Positions 52,201-64,000 of a stretch of 64,000 nucleotides of DNA are shown piece by piece; the stretch's first letter is position 1; each line of letters opens with the position of its first letter. Source of the DNA: Callorhinchus milii (Eukaryota); the NCBI RefSeq assembly GCF_018977255.1, contig NW_024704764.1, forward strand, positions 9,114,001 through 9,178,000, written 5' to 3'. Under the pieces are notes generated by a model. That model saw only the letters and a list, made by a program, of their open reading frames with translations, was not told the DNA's origin and ran no database searches. The position numbers and the translations under genes are program-made.

Positions 52201-55200
52201 AGACGCAGAATGGATATTAATATTAATAATCATTGTATTTGAGACAGCGCCTTCTCACCTCGTTGAGACGTCTCAATGCCTGGAGTCTGGAGTTAGTGGA
52301 GTGGGGGGGGGGGGGGGGGGAGCATGGCTAGTGGCTAGTGGCTGGTTGGTGGTGGTGGGGGTGGGGGGGGCGCGTGTTTTTACACTAAAACCAACACTGT
52401 TCTCCCTCGGGATCCAAGTCAGATTGAAAGCTCAAACATGCAGAAGCTTCACACGGGAAACAGGTGAGAGTAGAGGAGACCTTCCCCCCCCCCCCCCCAC
52501 CGCCCGCCCCCCCACTGTGCGCAAGTCAATAGCCAACCCCTCTCTGGGATAATCTCTGTGCACAGATGGTGTTACTGTCTCTGGAGCTCTGAGTTTGTTT
52601 AATGAACCTCCTGCTTTCTCTCCTCTGAGGAACCACTGTGATAGAGAACTGGGCTTCGCCTCACTCCCACTCTCAGCCCTGCGTGTGCGTGCGTGGGTGG
52701 GTGTGTGGTGTGCATACGTGCGGTGTGCGCGTGTATGTGCGTGCGTGTGGTGTGGGCGTGTATGCGCGTACGTGTGCGCGTGTGTGCATGGGTGTGCGTG
52801 TGAATGCGTGGGTGCGTGGTGTGTGTGTGTGTGCGACTCTCTGACCCATAACCTTCCTTTCCCACCAGGTGGTGGTGGGGGTGTTGTGTGCGGGGTGGGG
52901 GGGGGGTGGGGTTGTGTGCGGGGTGGGGTTGTGTGCGGGGTGGGGTTGTGTGGGGTGGGGTTGTGTGCGGGGTGGGGGTTGTGTGTGGGGGGGGTTGTGT
53001 GGGGGGGAGCTAGTTGCAAGCGCTCAGAGTTCTGAGTGAGGGAGCGGGGGGGGGGGGGGGTGGGGGCGGAGGGGGAGAGAGTGCGGTCAGAGGTCTCACA
53101 CTCCCTCCGGCAAGGACTGAGAGACCTCTGACCCAGCGCTGACACTTTCCCTGCTCCGAAGCCCCTGTCCCTCGGGGTGAAAGGAAACACTAATCTCATC
53201 CCCAGATCCCGAGCTGTCAACACGGGATGAGAACCAACAGCAGGGATAGCTCGGGGCTGGGGGGGGGGGGGGGCTCGGGGGGTTGGGGGGGGGGGTCAGT
53301 ATCCAGGTCATGGCTCATTGCCCAGGGCTCCCGTTGGACACATTAGACAACTTACAGCCTCAAGTGTGTGAGAGGCGATGGAACCCAGTGACAGAATAGC
53401 TTCACCAGCGACAGAGAGAGACAGCGAGAGACAGCGAGAGAGAGAGACAGCGAGAGAGAGAGCGAGAGAGAGAGAGCGAGAGAGAGAGAGAGAGAGAGAG
53501 GGGAGAGAGAGCGCGAGGCTATTCGGGACTGAGCCAAACCCAATGACTGGCTCTCTCACCATCTCCCGGCAAAGTCTGGTGGAGCTCAGGGAGGTGAAGG
53601 TGCACATTACTCCGGGTTAATTAGCGGCGATCATTACTGCTTAGCCTCCTGCTCTCTCTCCTTCTGTCTCTCTCTCTCTCTCTCTCTCTCACTCACTCCC
53701 ACTCCCCCACCACTCCCCCCCCCCCCCCCCCCCCCGTCACCCCCAAAGCTGCCTCTCTGGGGCTGTGTGTCTCGAGCTCTTCTCCTAAATTCTGAACGTG
53801 CGATAAAAACAACACATGTAATGTGTTTCGCCCACAGACCATACGCTCAATTCGCTTCACGGTGAAGCACTTTGCGACGTCTCGAAGTCGCGATCAGGCG
53901 CTGTATCAAATGCAGGGATTATTATTATTATAATTATCATTTCTGTGTAATTAATGTACCGTCTCCCCCACTCCCCCCCACCCCCACACCCCCCCCACCC
54001 CCCGTCCCCAGTGGCAGTGCGAGACGCAGGAGTTTTGCCCGAACGCAAAGGTGCTGGTTGTCGGATGTAAGATCGACATGAGGACGGATCTGAACACACT
54101 GAGAGAGCTGTCCAAACAAAGACTCATCCCGGTCACACACGAGCAGGTACCCCTCCGCGAGAGAGAGAGGGAAAGAGGGAGAGAGAGGGGAGGGTGGGGG
54201 AGATAATAAAAGAAGGTAGAAAGCGAGAGGGAGGGAAAGAGAGAGAGAACGAGGAGACAAAAGAAGGGAGAGAGGAGGAGAGAGAGAGGGGGGGGGGGGA
54301 GAAATAGGGAGGGGAGAGTGAGAGAAAGAGAGAGAGAGATTGAGAGAGAGAGAGTGCAGGGTGAGGAAGGGGGAGGGAAAGAGAGAGAAGGAGACAAAAG
54401 AGGGGGGCGCGAGAGAGAGAGAGAGAGAGAGAGAGAGCGACAAGGGGGTGGGGAAGACAGCGCGAGAGAGAGAGAAAGAAAGAGAGAGCGCGAGAGTGCG
54501 GGGTTTAGATTTTTTGACTGCAGATGTTTCACACAAACGACCCTCTGTTCTCCTGAAGACCCTGAAAGGTTATCCCTTCCTTGAAAGGCGGCGTTTCCTT
54601 CCACCCGGGAGCCGAGCCGAGCGGAGCCGAGCCGAGCGCCGGCGTGTTTGTCCAGCTCCCGAATTAGCGCAGCCCGGGTCACGTGTTTCGCTGCGCTCAA
54701 ATGACCTCTGTCGGACGACCCAATGGCCCGTTTCACGCCCTTCACCGTCCTCTTCCTCCTCGCCCCTCACGGTCCTGGCTGAGGCTCCAGTGTATTGCTG
54801 GGGGGGGGGGGTAGGGGGTTGGGAGGGGTGGGGTGTGTGGGGAGGAGAGAGAGAGAGCTCTACACGCAGCTCAGCGCTCTCCTCGCCAGCGAGAGGACTC
54901 GGGTTTGATCCCCGGGCGGGCAAGGGGGGGGCGAAATGTTGGGCAAGTTTCCTTACTCCACCCGCCTCTGTTTACTCAGCAGGAACCCGGTTGTTAGTCG
55001 ATTGGGGAATCACTTTTCCAGGGGAAAATAATCCCTCACCCCCCCACCCCCCCAAAAAAAAGGTTGGCCACTCAATCCACGACTGCAATTGGCTGCCGAG
55101 TCCCCCGTTCCCCCCCCACCCCCCCACAAAACATACAGTCGCTACACTTTACAATTCACTCTCACGTCGGGAGGACGTCCCGAAGTGCTGTGAAGCGCTT

Positions 55201-55608
55201 TGGGACGTCTCGAAGACGTGATAAGGCGCCGTATCGAAGGCCAGGATTACTGTGGTGATGAAGATGATGATGATGATAATGGTGATGATGGTGAGAGGTG
55301 AGCTATGGTGCTACCGACCGGGCCCCGGCCTGACGTCTGGTGATGATTATTGCCCACAGGGGAGCACGCTGGCGAGGCAGATAGGGGCCGTGGCCTATGT
55401 TGAGTGTTCCTCCAAGGTGTCGGAGAACAGTGTGCGCGACGTCTTTCACATGACCACCCTGGCCACCGTCAACAAGACCCCCAAGAACCTGAAACGGAGC
55501 AACTCCAAGCGGGGACTGAAGAGGGTCTCCCAGGGGCCCGGACGGACGGACTTACTGGAAGAATCCGAGATCAGGAAAGACCGAGCCAAAAGCTGCTCAA
55601 TAATGTGA
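44566..55608 (+). CDS. RND2: Rho family GTPase 2 (Rnd2), 227 aa. Exons 44566-44667, 45898-45985, 51377-51486, 54012-54146, 55360-55608
   Basis: [34 protein letters not shown]|[30 protein letters not shown]|[36 protein letters not shown]|[35 protein letters not shown]|[30 protein letters not shown] (CAAX). 684 nt, head-to-head with VAT1. AATAAA at 57063-57068. Confidence 0.97.
48509..48641. other. Assembly gap
   Basis: Run of N. Confidence 1.
49840..49978. other. Assembly gap
   Basis: Run of N. Confidence 1.
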
Positions 55609-55887
55609 GGGCGGGAGGTGGAGCGAGAGCGAGAGAGAGAGCGAGAGAGAGAGAGAGAGAGAGAGAAGGAGAAACAAACTATTTGTATTTATTGTGAATT
55701 TTGTACAGTGATCGGGGACGGAACAGGATCGGTTGTTGCTTGGATCAGAAGGCCCACGATTCTCTTCAGACCAGGCCTCAAAATGGTTGCCTGGCAGCTA
55801 GGGCGGATGTTGATTGCGGTGTTTGGATTACGCTGGATTCCTGAGGGGGTGGGGTGGGTTGGGCTGGGGGTGAGGGTGCAGAGGGAG

Positions 55888-55918
<31 letters not shown>

Positions 55919-58900
55919 AAGAAGAAGAGAGGAAGCAGTGAGATGCAGGGTGAACCAGGTCTTTCGGGTGTTTGTGACGTTGTGTTGGGTGTGGGGGGAG
56001 TCTACGTGGGCAGTACAGTGAGAGCGGGAGATGCTTTGTGTTTGCTGAGTAAAAAGGTGTGACTGCAATTTTGGGTGTTGGACTCTTTTGAGAAAATGAA
56101 TTCCATGGAAATTACGTAACCACAGGTTCATCTCTCCCACATCCTTCCCCTTTCCCCCATTTCAACAGCAGCAACAACAACAACAACGCGTTACATTTAC
56201 ACAGCGCCCTTTCACGGTCAGGAGGACGTCCCGAGGGGTTTGCGCCTGAGCTGTGGGTTGGGATCAGAGAGGAGTTGGAGGTGGGAGGGTGACCGAAGGC
56301 ACGGGCTGAAAGGAAGGTCTTGAGATGGGCCTTGAAGGGAGGCAAGGGAGGGGGCGACGCGGAGGGACTGTGGGATGGGGTTCTAGAGGATGGGGGCAGA
56401 AAGGCTGAAGGCCAAATGTAATGGCTCCCAATCATAGAAGCAAAGCCATTCAGTGCAACTCTCTCCCGGGATCCCTTGGCCTTGCCTTGCCTTGGCTCAC
56501 CTCCTCTCTCCATTATCCCACAGGGAGATAGGGCAAAGGCGGGTAATTGGAATTGAGGTCCAGATCAGCCACGATCTGATAGAATGGCTGTTCCTATGTT
56601 CCTATGAAAGGCGCTGTGTAAGTGTGAGCAATATCTCTCAGCGATCAGATCAATAGGCTCCTTCTTACACAGCCCTTCAATCTGGCACAGCATTTCAGTC
56701 CAACTTCTGGTCTTGACCTCCTTTGAAGACATGGAGAGGCTGAGCTCGTCAGGGTGGGGTGGGGGGGCTTGGGTGGGGAGGGGGAAGTGGGGGTTATAAC
56801 ACTGGGTTATAATGTCTCCATTCTTATCGTTCGACTCCAAACACTTTTCAAGTTCAACTGTGCAACAAACACAGGGAGAGAGAGACGCAGGAGATCTCAA
56901 TGGCGGCTTTGTCTTGTATCCTGATTGTCTGTGACCCTCAGCTGTGAGTTCATTGTAGTTGGGGAGGGGGTGGGGGTGAGGAGGAGCAGGAAAGAGGGGC
57001 GTGCAGAGAGAGGGGGCAATGGGGGAGAGGGGGAAGGGAGGGATTTTTTTTTGGTACTTTGCAATAAATACATCAATAAATAAATAACATTATTCTATTA
57101 ACCCCTTTCTTCTTCCACATCGTAAATCGTGGAATCTTTACAATGTTTTGGGTGCATGTGGGAGGGGGTGGGGGTGGTGGGGGGGGCGGTGGCGGGGTGG
57201 GGGAGGGAGGGAGAGACTGAGGAACACACTGCCCACGCAGGCTGGGGAGGTCGGATCGATTGGGAGGCACTCAGATCCCCTGACCTGAGCTCCAGTTGAC
57301 CCTGAAGTTGCTCCCTCGATACTGACGTTGGGGGCTGACATATGGAGTAATATTCCTGAGGGATTCTGTCCACATTGATAGCCACGTCGTTCCACATGTG
57401 CTCATGCGCTCTGAGTGATTTTCCTGGGGTCAGCCGGGTGTCTGACACACGCGGAGACCCATCGCCGTTGCTTAAGTGCCTTCAAACCAAACTGGGAAGT
57501 CCATGCGTCCCAACTACACAAGGAAATCCCAGCGATAGTTTGTTGGAATGGGATGCGCACTCTCTCTCTCTCTCTCTCTCTCTCCCCCTGGAGGGAAGCA
57601 ACTCCTACTTACCTAATTCCGGAGAGTATTAGGCGCAGGTTGGCAAGAGCCAAGGCTTGGGGGTGGGGGGGGGGGGTGGTGGGGGGAGCCTAGAGTGTGC
57701 GTTGGGGTAACTGCTGAAGTTTAACCGGCTAAAACCACACAGCTTGCCGTTGAGAGAGAGAGAGATAGCGAGAGCGAGAGCGCTGTCTGGCCAAGCGTTC
57801 CCATTGCTTGTCCCACAAACTGGAGGCGAATGAATGCTTTTATTCAGGGCGGAGGTGCGGAGGGGGGAAAGGGGGCGGAGGGCGGCGGGGGAGAGGGAGC
57901 AGTGGGGGGGGGGGGGGGGGGTTGGGTGGGGATTGTCAGCCCTAATTCAACGACAACACCAAACCGGATAAGTGACTGCTGACGGGTGACACATTCTGAG
58001 AGAGTTCATTCAGTGTTCCTCTCCACAAAGGGATGGCATTTAAATCCTGACCCGGTGTGGAAACAGCGCTGATAGCACACGGGATTTTACGAAAGATCTT
58101 GAATTTGTATACCACCCCCCCACCCCCACCTCCCCCACCCGCCCGCGCCCCCTCGCCCGCCCCCCTTCGCCCGCCTGCCCCCTCGCCCGCCTGCCCCCCC
58201 CTCCCCGCCTTATATAACACGCCTCACATTGGCATTATTTCTGCCTTCACTCCAGTGAGAGCAGATTGCGATCAGTTCACCCTCGGTGTGTCAGCAGCCG
58301 GCCGACTGACGTCAAGCTGTACGTAAGGCAATCGCTGGGCGCTCCTCGCTCTCTCACTCGCTCTCTCGCTCGCTCTGTCTCTCGCTCTGTCTCTCGCTCT
58401 GTCTCTCGCTCTGTCTCTCGCTCGCTAATCCTGACACCTCCACACCCTGACAACGGCACAACTCACGTCAACGGCAACAGCCTCTTCGGGCTAAAAAAAG
58501 AGCCCAACAAAAGCCGGTGCGGGGAGGTGAGCGGAGTGGGGGGGAGGTTTGACATCCACAGAAAGAAACAGCTGTCAACTGATTAACAATAACCCCTTCG
58601 TCTCAGCTCCTTCCAACTCCCATCCCCCCCCCCCACCACCACCACCACCTGCGCACTCCCTCTCCTCCTACACCCGCGCACTCCCTCCCCCCCTCCCCTC
58701 CTATTCCCCCCCCCACTCCACCCCACCACCCAAACACGCACAGAGGGGACTTCGTTGGGGGCTTCGGCTCCAGTTGCTGAGCGGTTTCCCTTGTTCGCTT
58801 CAAGCTGAGTTTACTCAGGCGTCAAAACGCACAGTCACTCCACTTTGCAGCGTGTCCGGTGAAGCGCTTTGAGACGTCTCAACAACATGATTGAATGCGA

Positions 58901-59046
58901 GGATTATTATTACGATTATTATTGTTTATTTAAAGCGGGACACCCCCCTACCAGCCTCACTCGTCTTGTCCCGAGACTCAACATCCAACAACAGCAGCAA
59001 CGACGACGACAACTTGAGTGTCTAACGCAGCACGAGATATGAGGTG

Positions 59047-59077
<31 letters not shown>

Positions 59078-62000
59078 GCGTAAAGTAACTGATCAGTTGC
59101 CACCAGCGGAGTTACGGGCTGACGCAGATGGCAGTCTTGCTAACCCAATGTCGTCGGTAAATTATTTCTGGCAATAACTGGGTGGTAATTAGGGAACGGA
59201 AATGTTTAGAGAATCCAGCGATTGATTTCACTACATCTTCCCCAACCCCCACACCCCACCTCCTCCCCCCCCCCCCCACACACTGTCCTCCTCCTCCATC
59301 TTGACAGCACCTGTCTGTCTCTGTAGCCTCTGCTATTAAGAGAAGACAACCAGTTGGCGGATTAACTATATGGAAATGACGCCAGCTCGAAGCTCCACAC
59401 CTACACCGCTTCCCACACCAACCCCCTCCAACAGACAGAAAATCACCACCTTCCCCCTCTCCGTCCTGCTCAGGAATCCTATTAGCTTTGGTCAGAACCG
59501 GTGTCTCGTTCGGAAGATTTAGCGACTGAGAAAATTGCTGAAACTTTCCTGCTTAGTGTCATTCCCTCGTAAATCAGGCGGACAGCTGTCAGGTTAAAGT
59601 GCTCTCCTCTCCCCTCCTCTGTTCTCACTCTCGTTCACAAACACTCGCCCCCTCTGCCAGGGCCCTTACCTAAACCCTGCGTCAGTTCCCTGTTGCAGAG
59701 ATGTGTGTGTGTATATGTGTGCATGTGCGTGTCTGGATATCTATGTCTGTGTGTGCATGTGTATGCGTGAGTGAATGAGTGACCGTGCATCTGTGTGTGC
59801 ACGTCTGTATCTATGTCTGTGCTTACGTGCGCATCTGTTTGCCTTCATACAATGCGTGTGCATGCATGTGTTTATGACGGTCAACCTGTCTGGCCATCCA
59901 AGTCAGTGCCCGGACGCAGGGTTGCGTGTGCATGTGTGTGTGTGTGTGCGCGCGCGCGCGTGTTTGCCTGTACGTCTGTTTGTATATCTGTGCGGGTCTG
60001 TGTGTCTGTGTGTGTGTGTCAATATACAGTATGTTTGTGTCTGTGACTGTGTATGCGTGTGCGTGTGTATATGTCCGTGTACATGTGTGTGTATATCTGT
60101 GCCTACGTGTGCGTCTGTGTTTTCAGTAAAATGTATAATTTACCAATTAAAACACTCATCGCCTCAAACGGCAGCAGGAAGGTTCAGAGCCAAGGTATCG
60201 AGGAGTGGCGTTGGACGGTAATTAGGGGGCGGCCGCAGGAACTCAGTCAGTCAGTGTTTCCAGGGCCACTACTCCCCGAAATCAGCGGTTTGCACATCCC
60301 GATTCAACATTACAATCCCCGCTGCTTAATGGGAATGTTTTGCAAAAAGGAGGGAACATCTGTTTACCAGCGATTCGCCAGCTCGGACGCTGCGCGCGCG
60401 CTTGTGCTTAACGGCAGCCTCGGCATCAGGGAGCAGTTAGCTCCCCATCAGGACATTTCCATTAAGGCATTTTATGGTGTCTTTTCTTTTTTAAAAAAAA
60501 GACCCCTCAATTGCCAACCGAGTTTCCGGCGTGTCGCGTGTCCTGTGAAAAGATGGGAGTCGGCGTAAGGGGGTGCGCACAATTAGCTGCCGCCAGTGTA
60601 TTCCGGGAAGCGCTTTGAGACGTCTCGAAGGCGCGATAAGGCGTCGTATCGAATAAATAATCCTCGCATCGGATCAAATGCAGCGATGGGACCGCGTGGG
60701 ACAAAGGGCAAAGAGTATCTGGGAACGAACACCACTGCCGAGCCCGACCAAGAGAGAGATACTCCGTCTCCCGCGTTCCAGCTCACCCACAGGAAAGATT
60801 CCAGCAGATACCAAGCTGTCAGATACACTCACACAGACACACACACACACCCCCCCCTCTCTCCCTTCCCGAGTGTTCCCCAGGAAGTTGGTGGGGGCGG
60901 GGGGGGGGGGAGGCGGGAGCGGCGGATGAAAAGACCGCTGACTATTTTATTAATGTTCATCAACGGAAATATTAATTGGAGACTGAGTGTCAAACAGCAG
61001 CTGCAACGAGCAACGAGCTGATGATTTAACGATTTAATTGGGTTTATAATACACTGTTCAATTCTGGGCTCACAAGTCATTCAGGAAAAGGCTACAGTTA
61101 GGACACGAGGGGAGAAAAAAATGATAATAATAACAGCAATAATAATCCTCGGATGATTAAAAATAATACGAATTCGATCGCTCAATCGCTCAATCCACGA
61201 CTGCTTGTAGGGGGGGAAGGCCGCTGCGCGCACTCGGCTGCCGCGTTTTCGCCCACAAAATACACAGTCAATTCGCTTTACCGTGTATCCCGCAAGGGCT
61301 TCGAGACGTCCCGAAGAACGTGATGAGGCGCCGCATCGAATGCGAGGACTGTTGGTGTCATCATTATTACCTGACTGCCTCAGTCGCGTCGAACGGAGAG
61401 CGACGCGCCTCGAATTTACGAGATACAAAAAAAAAAGGTCTAAAAACACCGTTGAGTTCGCCCGAGGGAAAGCGGCGTCTCTTTTGCCCTTGCGATCACG
61501 CCACAGAGAGCGTGTCCGCAAGTGAGCGATGGGACATCACTGTGAACGTGTTTCAGGCATGAATGCGCAGGGGTTTGACATGACGTCAACCAGGGCAAGA
61601 CATGTCACTCAAGGCTCAAACTCTCCTCCCTCCCCCCCCCCCCCCCCCCCCCCCGAAGGGTCTATTAATCTTTAAAAATATAATTTATGGCCCGAAAGAA
61701 AAAAAAAGGGGCCGGAATAAAGCTGTCAGCCGGCGAAGGCAATGATACAGGGATTCAATTAGCTGAATGTCACATCCTTGGATTATTAGGGAACTTTTCT
61801 AATGTGGGGGGGGGTTGGGGGGGGAAAGAATTGCAGAGACGTGACCAAAAAGATTGCTATTTTTAACCGGCGGAGAATGAATCTGAACTGAGCTCGGTCG
61901 CTCTCAATGTCGGAGGAGAAGGTCACCTGCCCGCACCCTGTCCCCACACCCCTTCTGAACCCCCCCCCCATGTCAGGTCCGAATCCCTGACTGTCCAGCG

Positions 62001-62802
62001 CCTTGGGACGTCCTCCCGACGTGAAAGGCGAGCATTGTGTTGTTGTCGGTTATTCTGTTGTTGTAGTGGTGGTGGTGGTGGTCGGGGCTCCAGTTCAGTG
62101 CTGGGGGGCGGGGAAGAGAAATAGCGGGTACCGTCTTTCGAGATGAGACGTTAAAGATCCCAAAAAAGGAAAAAAAGGGGTTATCTCTCTCCCGATGTCA
62201 CGGGCAACGGTACCTCCAGACGGTCACCTTCGGCAAGTTTCCTTACTCCACACACTCGCGCGCGCACACACACACGCGGGGGCACACACGCGGGGGCACA
62301 CACGCGCGCGCGCCTGCGTTTACCCAGCAGTAAGCAGGTTGTTAGTCATTTGACGGATCGTTTTCCGGGTGTTAGCGTCAGGCAAGTCTCGACGTGGGGG
62401 GAATTGAACCCACAACCTTCTGATTCAAGGGCGAGAGGCTATTGGGCACATCGCTTAATTTGCTACGTATTTGACATGCAGATCACGATTTCCTGCCCAT
62501 TAATAAATCAGGGATGAATCACAGCTGATCGTGTTTCCAAACAGTGCCTCTGAGTGAGTAATTGCTTTCGCTGAGTGTGTCTGGAAGCTATTCCCAGTGT
62601 CTGACTGTATAAATATTAATCACAGTGACTCGACCGCTGCTAAACTTTGCAAATTTACTGTAAAAAGCTGGTTCGGGGCTACTACGCTATCGAATTGACC
62701 GCTCGTTTTCAGTGAGGTGCGGAGTCTTATATATCAGTGATATCACGGAGAGGTTCGGGCCCAAGAGATGGTAATAATATTAATAATAATCCTTGTGTTC
62801 AG

Positions 62803-63152
62803 AGTCCTGTGGTTAAGAGCGCTCACCTCGCTAGAGAGAGGGTCCGGGTTTGATTCCCGGGCGGGACATTGGGCAAGTTTCCTTACTCTACACACCTGTT
62901 CACCTGCAGTAAGTAGGAACCCGGTTGTTAGTCGACTGGGGGATCGCTTTTCCGAGGGTAATAATCCCCTAAAGAAAGATGTGGTCACTCAACCCACGGC
63001 TGTTTGTGGGGGGGAACGCTGCTGTGTGCAATTGGCTGCTGCGATTCGCCCACAAAACATACACAGCCAATTCGCTTCACGGTATATCCCGTGAAGCGCT
63101 TCGAAGACATGATACGGGGGCTACCGCAAACGCAAGGATTGTTATTATTATA
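62803..63152 (+). mobile_element. tRNA-derived SINE, near full length
   Basis: Head, ttgggcaagtttccttactcta, ctgttcacctgcagtaagtaggaacccggttgttagtcga, and tail. Confidence 0.85.
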
Positions 63153-64000
63153 TTGGAGGGGAGCAGCTTATAAGAGAAGATGGGGGGGGGTGGGGGAAGA
63201 AAGACAAAGGAAAAAATTAGGCGGAGGACAGGAGATGGTGCGAGATTTTGCCTTTTTGCTCTCCGGTGTGTAGTGGGGTGCGGGAGCTGGTGGAGCGGAG
63301 TGGGTTGGGGGGGGGGGGGGAGAGGGACAGGAGGGGAAGGGTCCCCAGTGCCTCCAGTGCTAATTAACGATGTCAGTTTCCGCTGAGGAGCTTGTGAGTT
63401 TCAGTTCGTTGACAGACAGTCTGTGCTCCCTCTAACCTGCCAAGTCCTGCGGAGTCGCTGACAGGCAGCGCTGGGAGCAGTCTGGCAGGGAGAGACGGCT
63501 GAGTGGAGTAGAGATCTCTCGCCCGGGAGTGATCTGTGGAGCGGAGCAGGCTCAAGGGCGAACAGCAGCCACCCAGTCACTACACGTGCATCCTGTGAAG
63601 CGCTTTGAGACGTCTCGACGACGTGATAAGGCGCCGTATCGAATGCAAGGATTATTATTACTATATTCCCTCCCCCCACCCCTCCACACACACGCGCGCG
63701 CGCGCACAACTCTTTCTCTCTGCCTCCCTCCCTCTCTCTCTCTCTCGCTCAATCTATGGACAATTGCTGAGACACAGTTACTTGGTGCCAATCTCACAAG
63801 ACAGGTTGGTGCAGTGGAAACTGGCTGGTAGTTCGCTGGGCGCATCTGTGCCTCCTTGTTGAGAGCCAGGAGAGTGAGGAAACCATTACACAGCCCATCT
63901 GTTTGGGGCTGGAGTTGATCGCGGGCACTGGGCCACAAAAGGGAATTGTCTTACAGCAAATTCAAAATAAATGTTACCTCCCCTGAGCCCCAGACCCGAT

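Noticed and set aside
52430-55220. Long ORFs rich in HT, CV, ER, SL and poly-P/G
   Set aside because: Translations of (CA)n, (GA)n and G/C homopolymer tracts in RND2 introns.

Overview
Eukaryotic, intron-rich vertebrate genomic DNA. The SINE/L2/CR1 repeat content suggests a cartilaginous fish, possibly a chimaera; this is inference. Gene order matches human 17q21.31: last exon of RUNDC1 (+), RPL27 (+, 136 aa), IFI35 (+, 384 aa with a long coiled coil), VAT1 (-, 378 aa) and RND2 (+, 227 aa). All models were built by hand from splice sites, and the reading-frame phases add up. Between IFI35 and VAT1 lies an extra gene of about 1121 aa that I do not recall at the human locus. It sits behind an ISRE and encodes a full RBM43-like N-terminus (RRM/NID plus KH-like modules), a duplicated KH-like module, an intact C3HC4 RING and a Deltex C-terminal (DTC) domain. 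It is the best candidate for an undescribed system: a probable ohnolog of RBM43 (paralogon NMI-RBM43-RND3 versus IFI35-this gene-RND2) that carries an E3 ligase module. All three DTC residues used for ADP-ribose ubiquitylation in DTX2/DTX3L appear substituted. Other points are a GC-AG intron, a switch-I Pro->Ser change in RND2, a minisatellite abutting the RPL27 TCT promoter, several inverted duplications, a perfect 18-bp hairpin, a possible decayed minus-strand gene, and two assembly gaps. Comparisons with human proteins are from memory and need database confirmation.
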